Of a DNA stretch of 64,000 bases, positions 20,190-28,913 are shown one piece after another. The DNA comes from Candidatus Latescibacterota bacterium (GTDB lineage Bacteria > Latescibacterota > UBA2968). Numbering within the stretch: the stretch's first letter is position 1; every line of letters begins with the position of its first letter. The notes under the pieces are model-generated. The model saw nothing but the letters and a program-made list of their open reading frames with translations, was not told the DNA's origin and did no database searches. The DNA is taken from NCBI GenBank assembly GCA_965204745.1, contig OZ242010.1, positions 576,001 through 640,000 on the forward strand, read 5' to 3'. Made by a program: the position numbers and the translations under genes.

Positions 20190-21560
20190 TCTGGCTAAAA
20201 TTCGATCTGCGGTGTCGATGGCTTGGGCGATGCAGTCGGGAATTGCGGAGCCGCGGTAGGCACTGCCGGTCACGTATAGATCGCCCACTCGTTCGGCGAG
20301 GTGTTCTATTTTCGCCACGCGGTTTAGATGCCCCACATCGAATTGGGGGCGCCCCTGGGGCCAGCGAAAAATGCGTGTGAACAGGGGATTGGCCGCGAGG
20401 CCCATCAAGTCTTTCAATTCCTCGCGGGATTGGGCGATCAGGGTTTCGTCGTCCAACTCGATCCATTCCTCGCGGCCTGTGCCCCCCACAAATGTACGCA
20501 CCAAAACGCCGTCTTCGGGCGCACGGTGATTCAGTTTTGTCGAAACCCAAGTGCAAGCCGCGATCCGACGGCCCTCGCGCCGTGGGGATAAAAAACCAAA
20601 GCCCTCAAAATCGTGTTGCGATGCGACATCGGCCTTGCGGTACGCCAGTGAAATCGTGCCCGTCGAAACATAGCGAATCTCGCGCAGCGCATAGCTCAAC
20701 TCGGGCGCGAAATTAGCCACCAGTTCCGCGGTGACATACGCGGGCGTCGCCAGAACCACAGCGTCTGTCTCGATCACCTGATCGCCTGCGACCACCTCAA
20801 ACCCACCCCTTGTTTTTCGCACCGCAGCGACGCCGACGCCCGCGTGCAAGGCCCCAGTTAGATGCTCGGTCAATGTCTCGACCAGCTCGCCCAATCCGCC
20901 GATCAATGTGTAAAACATGGCGGACGAAGACGGGCGATTTTTTTTTGTCGCCCGCACGCCTTTGATCAAGCTGCCATAGCGTTGCTCCAGCGCGACGTAC
21001 ATGGGAAACGCGCTTTGCATGCTCAATCGCTCTGCGTCCGCGCTGTGAATGCCCGCCAGCATGGCCCCGCCAACGCGAACCGCTTCCTCGCCCAATCGCC
21101 TGCGAATAAAACTGGCGAGGCTTTCATCGCGCTCGTCTTTCCGCTTGGGGATGACCAGATCCAAGCCCATTCTGACTTTGCCAAAAAGCGAAAACATCGG
21201 CGAGGTGACCAGGGGCCAGAACTTGGATGGCACGAGTGAAAAATCTTCCGGGAAGGGCACGAGTTTGCCGTCTTGCACCAAGAACGTGCGCTGGCGATCC
21301 CGGTTTGGCGAAATCAATCGCGCGCCCAATCCCAGGTCTTTGCACAACCGAATGCCCGCGGGTTTTTGCGCGAGCAACAGGTCCGCGCCGCCTTCGATCA
21401 AAAAGCCATCCACGGATTGCGTGGCGATTTGCCCGCCCCATCGCCCATCGCGCTCCAATACCGCGTACTGGATTTCACGGCGCGATTCTTTTGATTTTTT
21501 TTCCAGATAAAAAGCGGTCGCAAGTCCCGCAATGCCACCGCCGATAATTGTTATGTGCAT
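20187..21560 (-). CDS. hemY: HemY-type copro/protoporphyrinogen oxidase
   Basis: IIGGGIAGL FAD motif, DESLASFIRRRLG, GFGFL, PQFDVGH; follows hemE-hemH. Confidence 0.92.
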   Translation of the reverse strand: MHITIIGGGIAGLATAFYLEKKSKESRREIQYAVLERDGRWGGQIATQSVDGFLIEGGADLLLAQKPAGIRLCKDLGLGARLISPNRDRQRTFLVQDGKLVPFPEDFSLVPSKFWPLVTSPMFSLFGKVRMGLDLVIPKRKDERDESLASFIRRRLGEEAVRVGGAMLAGIHSADAERLSMQSAFPMYVALEQRYGSLIKGVRATKKNRPSSSAMFYTLIGGLGELVETLTEHLTGALHAGVGVAAVRKTRGGFEVVAGDQVIETDAVVLATPAYVTAELVANFAPELSYALREIRYVSTGTISLAYRKADVASQHDFEGFGFLSPRREGRRIAACTWVSTKLNHRAPEDGVLVRTFVGGTGREEWIELDDETLIAQSREELKDLMGLAANPLFTRIFRWPQGRPQFDVGHLNRVAKIEHLAERVGDLYVTGSAYRGSAIPDCIAQAIDTADRILAR

Positions 21561-21569
21561 AGAGGCTTC

Positions 21570-22481
21570 CTAAATCCTCTCCTCTATCGCGTCGGCGATT
21601 GATTCGATGAATAGGGGGTCGCTGTTCATCATCTCGGTGCGTGCGAGGTGAATGCCGTGTTGTCGGGCGATTTTTTGGCAACCGATGTCGATGTCGTAAA
21701 GTACTTCCACGTGGTCGCACACGAAACCGATAGGCGCGACGAGGACATGGCGATAGTTGCCGTGGGCGAGCGCGGGAATGACGTCTTCGATCTGCGGGCC
21801 GAGCCAGGGTTCGCCCGTGGTTGCGGCACTTTGATAGGCAAACATCCAATCCACAGGCCCCAGTTGTTCGGCGATAGCATGGGCGTTGCGTTTTAATTCC
21901 TCGTCGTAGGGGTCGCCCATTTGCAGCAGCCGGGCGGGCAAGCTGTGCGCGGTAAAAACGAGTTTTGCTTTTTGGCGCACGTCTTCGGAAAATTGTGCGA
22001 AGCCCGCTTTGACGGTTGCCACCTGTGCGTGGCGCAAACGGCGTTGGTCGCACCATGAATCGATGTAGGCAAAGGCAATCGCGCTGTCCACGGCTTCGCG
22101 CACTGCGCTGTGATAACGCCCGATGCTCAGGCGCGAGTAGTGCGGCGCCATCACCAGGGCGACGGCTTTTTCAATGCCATCTGCCCGCATTTTTGCTACG
22201 GCATCTGCAATCCGCGGTTGCCAGTGGCGCATGCCCACGTACGCTTTGGCATTTCGCCCGCGCTTTTTCAATGCGGCTTCGACATGTGCGGCCTGCTCAA
22301 AGGTGCGATCATTCAGGGGCGACCTGCCGCCGATTTGCGCGTAGCGGTCGCGAAATTCCGCTACAAATTCTGGCGACATGGGCCTGCCCCCGCGGATATC
22401 GCTCAAATAGGCCGGCATGTCGTCGAGGGAATCCGGGCTGCCGTAGGCCATGATCAGCACGCCAATGGGGTTCTCGGCCAT
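21570..22481 (-). CDS. hemH: Ferrochelatase
   Basis: MAYGSP, GMRHW.P, FTAHSLP, YQS..WLGP, GFVCDHVEVLYDID. Confidence 0.95.
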   Translation of the reverse strand: MAENPIGVLIMAYGSPDSLDDMPAYLSDIRGGRPMSPEFVAEFRDRYAQIGGRSPLNDRTFEQAAHVEAALKKRGRNAKAYVGMRHWQPRIADAVAKMRADGIEKAVALVMAPHYSRLSIGRYHSAVREAVDSAIAFAYIDSWCDQRRLRHAQVATVKAGFAQFSEDVRQKAKLVFTAHSLPARLLQMGDPYDEELKRNAHAIAEQLGPVDWMFAYQSAATTGEPWLGPQIEDVIPALAHGNYRHVLVAPIGFVCDHVEVLYDIDIGCQKIARQHGIHLARTEMMNSDPLFIESIADAIEERI

Positions 22482-23515
22482 CAAGTGACGCTCGTGTAGG
22501 TGTGGACAAAGTCGATCAATTTCCGCACGTTCTCCACAGGGGTGCGCGGCAAAATCCCGTGGCCCAAGTTAAAAATGTGCCCGCGCCTGCCCCGCACGGA
22601 ATCGAGCACGCGCCGCGCCTGTCGCTCGATTTCTTCAAAAGGCGCGAACAGCGCAACCGGGTCCAAATTGCCCTGCACGCCGACCTTGTCGCCCAAGCGA
22701 TCCCACGCGACATCGAGATCGACGCGCCAATCGACGCCGATGACATCGCCCCCGGCTTCTTTCAACAATTCGAGGAGGCCCGCGGTGCCGGTGCCAAAGT
22801 GGATCAGCGGGGCGTCTGTGTTTTGTTTGACCAGCGCGATGGCTTTTTGCGAATGGGGCAAGGCGTATTCGCGGTAATCGGCGGGGCTCAACGCGCCGAC
22901 CCAACTGTCAAACACCTGCAAGGCTTGGGCGCCTGCATCGGCTTGCGCGAGCAGGGAATCGGCGATAGCCGAGGCCATGAGATCCATCAGGCGATGCCAT
23001 TGTTTTGGATCGCCGTACATCAACCCCTTGGCGATTTCGTAATTGCGCGACGAACCGCCTTCTATCGCATAGCAGACCAGGGTGAAGGGCGCGCCCGCAA
23101 AGCCGATGAGGGGTACGCGGCCCTCGAGTTCTGCGATAGTCGTCCGAATGGCGTCGCCGGTGTAGGGCATGGCTTCTTCCGCGGGTTTTGCGGTCAACGC
23201 ATCGATGTCTGCCCGCGTGCGAATGGGGTTGTGGATGACCGGCCCCGCGCCTTTGACGTAGTCCAGTTCCAAACCCATGGCTTCGAGAATGGGCAACAAA
23301 TCTTGAAAAATGATCGCCGCGTCCACGTCGTAGGCGTTCACCGGTTGCATGGTAATGGCCGCGGCCACCTCGGGCGTTTTCACCATGTCGAGAAAATCGT
23401 AGCGGTTGCGATACGTCCAATACGCCTTCATATACCGCCCGGCCTGGCGCATGAACCACACGGGCGTGGCATCCACGGATTCCCGACGACACGCTTTCAA
23501 AAAACGATCTGACAC
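22481..23515 (-). CDS. hemE: Uroporphyrinogen decarboxylase
   Basis: PVWFMRQAGRY, IGFAGAPFTL, QGNLDP, HIFNLGHG; GTG start at 23515 with RBS. Confidence 0.96.
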   Translation of the reverse strand: MSDRFLKACRRESVDATPVWFMRQAGRYMKAYWTYRNRYDFLDMVKTPEVAAAITMQPVNAYDVDAAIIFQDLLPILEAMGLELDYVKGAGPVIHNPIRTRADIDALTAKPAEEAMPYTGDAIRTTIAELEGRVPLIGFAGAPFTLVCYAIEGGSSRNYEIAKGLMYGDPKQWHRLMDLMASAIADSLLAQADAGAQALQVFDSWVGALSPADYREYALPHSQKAIALVKQNTDAPLIHFGTGTAGLLELLKEAGGDVIGVDWRVDLDVAWDRLGDKVGVQGNLDPVALFAPFEEIERQARRVLDSVRGRRGHIFNLGHGILPRTPVENVRKLIDFVHTYTSVT

Positions 23516-23528
23516 GCAATACGTCCTT

Positions 23529-24290
23529 TCACCTTCCAATAATCACCCCATGGGGATCGACCTCGTCGCGCAAAACGCGCAATTCCTCTGTCTCGGGCGG
23601 CACGGTTTCTCTGACGTGGACGATCCGCCCCAAGTCAAACCCGGTGTTTTCCCGCACGCGGTCAAAGGTCACGCCGGGATGCAGACTTTCGACCTGCATG
23701 CGACAGGTCGTTTCCGAAAAACTCAGCACTGCCAAGTCCGTAATCACGCGATACGGCCCGCCGCCTTTGGGCAACCCGGCCGCTTCTCGCGCACCCGGCC
23801 CGGTGAGATAACCTGGCGTGGTCAAAAAATCCACCTTTTCCACAAAGCGACGGCGGTCGTGGTGCGTGATGATGAGGGTGCGCCAGCAAAAACTCGCAAA
23901 ATCATTGGCGCCGCCACTGCCCGGAAACCGCACGCTCGGCTCGTGGTACTCGCCGATGACCGTGGAATTTAAGTTGCCATAAGCGTCGATTTGCGCGCCG
24001 CCCAAGAAGGCGTAGTCCATCACCCCGCGCTGACAGGCTTCCATGATGTCGCACATGCTCGTCGCCATCAGGGCGCGATGCGTGGTGCGCGAATCGCCCA
24101 CGGAAATCGGCATGGCGGGCAACACCGGGGCCAACCCACCCGCTTCAAACGCCACCAACAACCCCGGCGCGTGCGTCTTTTGCGCCAGCATCGCCGCCGC
24201 ACACGGCGCGCCCGTGCCAACGCCGACCGTCGCGCCATCTTCCAACAACCGAGACGCCACACAAATCATCAGTTCCATTGCGTTGTACAT
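23529..24290 (-). CDS. CoA-transferase beta subunit (glutaconate/3-oxoadipate type)
   Basis: VGTGAP, FEAG, FLGGAQIDAYGNLNS, PGSGGAND. Confidence 0.9.
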   Translation of the reverse strand: MYNAMELMICVASRLLEDGATVGVGTGAPCAAAMLAQKTHAPGLLVAFEAGGLAPVLPAMPISVGDSRTTHRALMATSMCDIMEACQRGVMDYAFLGGAQIDAYGNLNSTVIGEYHEPSVRFPGSGGANDFASFCWRTLIITHHDRRRFVEKVDFLTTPGYLTGPGAREAAGLPKGGGPYRVITDLAVLSFSETTCRMQVESLHPGVTFDRVRENTGFDLGRIVHVRETVPPETEELRVLRDEVDPHGVIIGR

Positions 24291-24728
24291 CGGTCTATCC
24301 GTCAAAGTCGAACTCCGAACACATTGAATAATGTTCACTTTCCCGTGGAATATCGAGATCGTCGTATTTCATGAAAACTCCTTATTCTCGCTTTTGTTGC
24401 ATCGTATTCACTGCCGTTCCGCAGTTCAAAGAAGCCATCCCAACAAGTGCCATCACAACAGACCATCAGCTAAAGCCATCACGCACAGCGCGCAAGTCCG
24501 TCTCGCAACCAACATCCATGTTGCAACCCACTTTGCAGGCTGGCGCATATCGTTCTGTTACAAAAGCGCTTTGCGCTGTGCAAGCCCCTCGGCGTTTGAG
24601 AGCGGCATTTTTTGCCTACTTTTTTTTGCTGTTGAAAAAAAGTAGGTCGCCGAAGGCATCAAAGGCAACCAACGAGGCTGTAGGACCAAACGCCTTAAAT
24701 CAGCAAGCACCACAAATGTCAACACAAC

Positions 24729-25796
24729 CTAGTAATCCCCATTCTCCAGCCTTTGCAACGCTGTTAGGCGAGGTTTGCCGCCGCAGATCTTGAGGTAGGT
24801 TTCAAAACGATCTGTGCCATAGAGGTATTTGTTCAGGAATGCGCGATAGGTGTCGGGGGCGCGCTCGGCGTCTAGCCACGCCTTGAGGTGCGCTTCGTCA
24901 GAGGCGTATTCGCCTGCCATGTTGCCGGGATACGACCCCCAGGGGACGTGGCACACGGCATTGACGCAAAATGCGGGGATCGCGGTCGCATTGGGGTCGC
25001 GGCGGATCTCATCGGTGCTCACAACGCGCTCGGCGCTCACAATCACATGTTTGGCTGCGCGGGGCAAATCCCAATCGGCAACCGTGATGCCCCGAATGCG
25101 GCAATTGCCGCGTCTGTCGCTCTCGTGTACGTGGATCAGTGCCACGTCGGGGTACAGCGCGGGCACGGCGACGAGGGGTTTGCCGGTGAAGGGACATTCG
25201 ATTTTTTTGGCTGCACTCTCGTCGAACGTATCCGTGCCCAGCATGCTGCGAATCGGCAAAAAAGGCACGCCGGTTGCAGCGGCCCGAAACCGACAGGCCA
25301 GCGCGTAATTCGTCCACTCGCACACCGCAACCGCGCCGCTCTCCATTAATCGCCGCGCCTGTGCGGACAACCCGCGCGCTTCCAAGCCCACAATATAGGC
25401 CGCATCTACCCGCGATAAAATTTGTTTTCCACTGCGCGTCCCGGCTGCCAAAATCTGAAAGTCGTGGGTGGTGGTATGACCGGCAAATCCCAGGTTCACG
25501 CGCTCTTGCCGCACAATCTCGTGCAACAACGCGGTGGCGATGCGGTTGCCGCCAAATCCGCCAGACGCCACATAGTCGCCATCGTGGACAAACTGGGCAA
25601 TGGCATCGGAGACAGACATCAACTTGTCGGTCAACGCGCCCTTTTTTTGCCGGAAAAACGCCCGTGCAATGTCGGGATCGGGATCGGTGAACAGAGGGCC
25701 TCTGCCCTTACCTCTTGCCTCTTGCCTCTCGCCTCTTGCTTCGTCGGGATCGGTGAACAGGGGGCCTCGGCCGGTGTTTTCGGAGTTTGTCATCAT
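24729..25796 (-). CDS. CoA-transferase alpha subunit with an in-frame repeat insertion near the N-terminus
   Basis: DKLMSVSDAI, GGFG, AAATGVPFLP, CPFTG, PALYPDVALIHV; duplicated GRGPLFTDPD. Confidence 0.9.
   Translation of the reverse strand: MMTNSENTGRGPLFTDPDEARGERQEARGKGRGPLFTDPDPDIARAFFRQKKGALTDKLMSVSDAIAQFVHDGDYVASGGFGGNRIATALLHEIVRQERVNLGFAGHTTTHDFQILAAGTRSGKQILSRVDAAYIVGLEARGLSAQARRLMESGAVAVCEWTNYALACRFRAAATGVPFLPIRSMLGTDTFDESAAKKIECPFTGKPLVAVPALYPDVALIHVHESDRRGNCRIRGITVADWDLPRAAKHVIVSAERVVSTDEIRRDPNATAIPAFCVNAVCHVPWGSYPGNMAGEYASDEAHLKAWLDAERAPDTYRAFLNKYLYGTDRFETYLKICGGKPRLTALQRLENGDY
25678..25772. repeat. 29-bp direct repeat (25678-25706 / 25744-25772) flanking five CTTGCCT-type heptamers
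   Basis: Read directly; the 66-bp period keeps the reading frame. Confidence 0.92.
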
Positions 25797-25810
25797 TTTG
25801 CAGTCTCACT

Positions 25811-26617
25811 TCACAACGCGGTCCAACCGCCATCCACCAGCAAGGTATGCCCCGTGATGAGATCGGCAGCAGGGCTGGCTAAGAACACCACGGCGCCCAC
25901 CACATCTTCGGGCCGTCCAACGCGGCCGAGGGGGATGCGGGAAAGCACGTCTTCGCGCAAGTGGGCATCGTCAAATGTCGATTGGGTCAACGGGGTCAAA
26001 ATAAATGTCGGCCCCACGGCATTGACCGTAATCCGATGGGGCGCCCACTCCACTGCCAACACGCGCGTCAGGTTGACGACACCGGCTTTGCTCGCACAAT
26101 ACGCCGCGCGTTTGTAATAGCCCACCACGCCGTTTTGCGATGCGATGTTGACGATTTTTCCACCCCCCGTTTCGACCATGGATCGCGCCGCGCATTGAGA
26201 CATAAAGAACAGGCCCTTTAGGTTCACGTCCAGCACCGCGTCCCAATCGGCTTCTGTGACGTCGAGTGCGTCTTTGGGGATGTTGATCCCCGCATTGTTC
26301 ACCAGCACGTCGATTCGCCCGTACGCGTCTAACACGCGGCGAACCACCGAGTCGATAGCCGCGAGATTCGGCAGGTGCAAGGGCAAGGGCAATGCCCGGC
26401 GTCCCAGATTTTCAATCGCTTCGCACACCCCGTCCAACGCATCGATCTTTTGCGGCACTTCGCACACGGTCACATCTGCGCCCGCCTCGGCCACTGCCAG
26501 CGCGATGGCCCGCCCAATGCCCGATCCGCCGCCGGTTACCAATACCACGTTGTCATCCAATCGCATGCTGGGCAAGACCATTGCGGCACTCCTCTGATAT
26601 CTTTCGGCGAGGGACAT
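25811..26617 (-). CDS. SDR family oxidoreductase
   Basis: TGGGSGIG, NNAG, YCASK, ITGHTLLVDGG. Confidence 0.95.
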   Translation of the reverse strand: MSLAERYQRSAAMVLPSMRLDDNVVLVTGGGSGIGRAIALAVAEAGADVTVCEVPQKIDALDGVCEAIENLGRRALPLPLHLPNLAAIDSVVRRVLDAYGRIDVLVNNAGINIPKDALDVTEADWDAVLDVNLKGLFFMSQCAARSMVETGGGKIVNIASQNGVVGYYKRAAYCASKAGVVNLTRVLAVEWAPHRITVNAVGPTFILTPLTQSTFDDAHLREDVLSRIPLGRVGRPEDVVGAVVFLASPAADLITGHTLLVDGGWTAL

Positions 26618-26679
26618 AGTCACTGCTCGCCTTTGAACGGGTTGTCGCCAGTTGTACCCCGCCCGTGGCTAAAATCCCT

Positions 26680-26781
26680 CTTGCGTCTTGCCTCTTGCGT
26701 CTTACCTCTTACCTCTTGCGTCTCGCGTCTTACCTCTTGCCTCTTACCTCTCCCGCCTTTCACCTCTTGCCTCTTCCCTCT
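26680..26781 (+). repeat. Degenerate heptamer array CT[T/C][A/G]C[C/G]T, continuing after the IS110 at 28073-28085
   Basis: CTTGCGT CTTGCCT CTTGCGT CTTACCT CTTACCT ... Confidence 0.9.
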
Positions 26782-26794
26782 TGTATCTTGGGCT

Positions 26795-26985
26795 CAAGGG
26801 TTAATTTAGGTGTTGCGCCCTCGCATCGAGACACGCCATCTTGATGCCCTGCTCGGGGAAGGCCGGTGCCTCTTGAAGGCGATGACCTTGTAAGTAAGAT
26901 AGGCCCCCCGACCGCCGGGTCTATGCCGAAGAGTATCTAAGTCCCTTGAGGCTGCATATACAAGACCGGTAGACTTGGCGTCAAT
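26795..26985 (+). ncRNA. Putative IS110 bridge RNA (boundaries approximate)
   Basis: Target loop GGGGAAGGCC[GGTGCCTCT..AAGG/CCTT..AAGTAAGA]GGCCCCCC. Donor loop GGGTCTA.GCCG[AGAGTATCT...ATACAAGA]CCGGTAGAC. Donor guides match the IS ends exactly. Confidence 0.75.
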
Positions 26986-27048
26986 GGTCGGGATCGAACT
27001 CGAGCGCACACCAGACCCCTTACAACCCCCTCATCACAGGAGGCCCCC

Positions 27049-28056
27049 ATGTCGAACGCTCACCCCGCTTTCGCCGGCATTGATGTCAGTGCCCGCACGT
27101 TGTCTGTTGCCCTGTCCAGACCTGGACAAGCTGTCATGCAAGCGACCTTTGACAATGATCCCCAAGCCCATAAGCGGTTGCTGAAGTGGCTCACCAAGGG
27201 CGGGCACATGGTCTCTGTCTGCCTCGAAGCGACCGGGCTTTACAGCTTGGGGGTGGCCTTGGCCTTGCATCGGCATCGCCACACGCAGGTCATGGTCGTC
27301 AATCCCAAAGCGATGAGCAAGTACGGTCAAGCCTGCATGCAACGAGCCAAGACGGATGCGAAGGATGCGTTGTTGATCATGGATTATGCCGAGCGCATGC
27401 CGTTTGTGCCTTGGCAAGCGCCGAGTGAGCAACGGCTCCAACTGCAAGCCCTCACCAGACGCATTGACCAACTCAAGCAGGAGATCATCCGCGAACAGAG
27501 CCGCAACCACGCGCAAAGCTACCACATCCAGAGCACACGTCTCATCGCACGCGATATTCAGGTGAATATTCGACACCTCAAACGCCGGATTGCCTACTTG
27601 GAAGACCAAGCCCTCGATCTCGTTTTGCACGATGAGACCCAAAAGCGCGCCTACCAACACCTCTGCTCTACGCCTGGCATCGCACAAACGAGCGCCTTGC
27701 GGCTCTTGGCCGAGTTGACCCTTTTGCCAGAGGAGATGCAACCGCCCCAGTGGGTCGCACATGCAGACCTGGATCCCAAACCCAAACAATCCGGGACTGC
27801 CAATCCACAAAGACGCATCTCGAAAACCGGGAATAAGTACCTCCGTCATGCCCTCTATATGCCTGCCTGGGTGGCCAGCAGACACGAAGTCCATGTCAAA
27901 GCCTTCTATGACCAACTCATTGCCCGCGGCAAGAAACCTTTGCAGGCTATCGTTGCGGTGATGCGAAAGTTGCTCCATTCGATCTGGGGCATGGTGCGGC
28001 ATGACCAAGATTTTGAGGGCGAGAAATTCTATCGAATCACCCCGAAAACCCCTTGA
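27049..28056 (+). CDS. IS110-family DEDD recombinase
   Basis: GIDVS, CLEATG, KTDAKDA, TPGIA, QSG catalytic Ser, ISKTGNKYLR; AGGAGG RBS. Confidence 0.96.
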   Translation: MSNAHPAFAGIDVSARTLSVALSRPGQAVMQATFDNDPQAHKRLLKWLTKGGHMVSVCLEATGLYSLGVALALHRHRHTQVMVVNPKAMSKYGQACMQRAKTDAKDALLIMDYAERMPFVPWQAPSEQRLQLQALTRRIDQLKQEIIREQSRNHAQSYHIQSTRLIARDIQVNIRHLKRRIAYLEDQALDLVLHDETQKRAYQHLCSTPGIAQTSALRLLAELTLLPEEMQPPQWVAHADLDPKPKQSGTANPQRRISKTGNKYLRHALYMPAWVASRHEVHVKAFYDQLIARGKKPLQAIVAVMRKLLHSIWGMVRHDQDFEGEKFYRITPKTP

Positions 28057-28080
28057 CCTTTTAAGAGAGTATCTCACCTC

Positions 28081-28578
28081 TTACCTTTTTAACAAATTGA
28101 GACCTTCAATTTTTCGCACGGGCGAATCGCGCAAGGACGCCGCTAAAACTCGCATGGATTGCCGCAAGACCGGATGCTTGAGATGCGGGTTGAGGTCGCA
28201 AAGTGGGATCAGCACAAAGGCTCGCTCGTGCAAGTGCGGGTGTGGCACCTGCAAGCCCGGCTGGTGAATGACCACATCGCCGTAGAGTAAGATATCCAAA
28301 TCCACTGTGCGCGGGCCCCATCGCGTTCGGCGCGTGCGACCGAATTGTCGCTCGACCGATAGCAGGTAATTCAACAACTTTCGCACGGAAAGTCGAGAGC
28401 GAAGTTGCAACGCGGCATTGAGAAAACGCGGCTGATCAACCACCCCTACCGGCGCGGTTTCATAGACCGCTGAAGTAGCGACAACAGCGATTTCGGAATG
28501 GGCGTCCAAAACGCCGACCACATTCTGGAGCGTCTTTTCCCGATCCCCCAAATTCGCGCCGATGCCGATGTAGATCAT
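28081..28578 (-). CDS. folK: 2-amino-4-hydroxy-6-hydroxymethyldihydropteridine diphosphokinase
   Basis: IGIGANLGDR, YETAPVG..DQPRFLNA, WGPRTVDLDIL, PHPHLHERAFVL. Confidence 0.97.
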   Translation of the reverse strand: MIYIGIGANLGDREKTLQNVVGVLDAHSEIAVVATSAVYETAPVGVVDQPRFLNAALQLRSRLSVRKLLNYLLSVERQFGRTRRTRWGPRTVDLDILLYGDVVIHQPGLQVPHPHLHERAFVLIPLCDLNPHLKHPVLRQSMRVLAASLRDSPVRKIEGLNLLKR

Positions 28579-28620
28579 GGTCAGTAGTCAGTAGTCAGTG
28601 GTCAGTAGTCAGTGGTCAGT
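28579..28620 (+). repeat. Heptamer tract (GGTCAGT/AGTCAGT)6 abutting the folK start codon
   Basis: Read directly. Confidence 0.92.
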
Positions 28621-28891
28621 CCCCCCGCCATTCCACCCCGCAAGTGAGAGGCGAGACGCAAGAGGCAAGAAGGCCACACCGCCATTCAAACCCGCCATTC
28701 CACCCCGCAAGTGAGAGGCGAGACGCAAGAGGCGAGAAGGCCACACCGCCATTCAACACCGCAAGTGAGAGGCGAGACGCAAGAGGTGAGAAGGCCACAC
28801 CGCCATTCAACCCCGCCATTCAACCCCATAAGTGAGAGGCGAGACGCAAGAGGCGAGAAGGCCACACCGCCATTCAACACCGCAAGTGAGA
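28621..28891 (+). repeat. Tandem array of 54/67-bp units with core AAGTGAGAGGCGAGACGCAAGAGG..AGAAGGCCACACCGCCATTCAA
   Basis: Cores start at 28642, 28709, 28763 and 28830, with a partial at 28884 (spacing 67, 54, 67, 54). Confidence 0.9.
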
Positions 28892-28913
28892 ATGGAGAAA
28901 TGGGACGAGGTGC

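Larger units (their letters stand above)
26780..28074 (+). mobile_element. IS110-family element with CT cores at 26780-26781 and 28073-28074
   Basis: No terminal inverted repeats, long left and short right non-coding ends. Excision restores the heptamer register CTTCCCT|CTCACCT|CTTACC. The circle junction creates TTGACC-N18-TATCTT. Confidence 0.85.

Noticed and set aside
26787-26788. Alternative IS110 left core at the second CT (GTATCT is shared with the right end)
   Set aside because: The core at 26780-26781 gives a longer donor-guide match (ATACAAG), a better target-guide match, and a junction promoter.
28621-28891. Possible CRISPR array
   Set aside because: The intervening sequences are short and repetitive rather than unique, spacing alternates 67/54, and there are no cas genes in the window.
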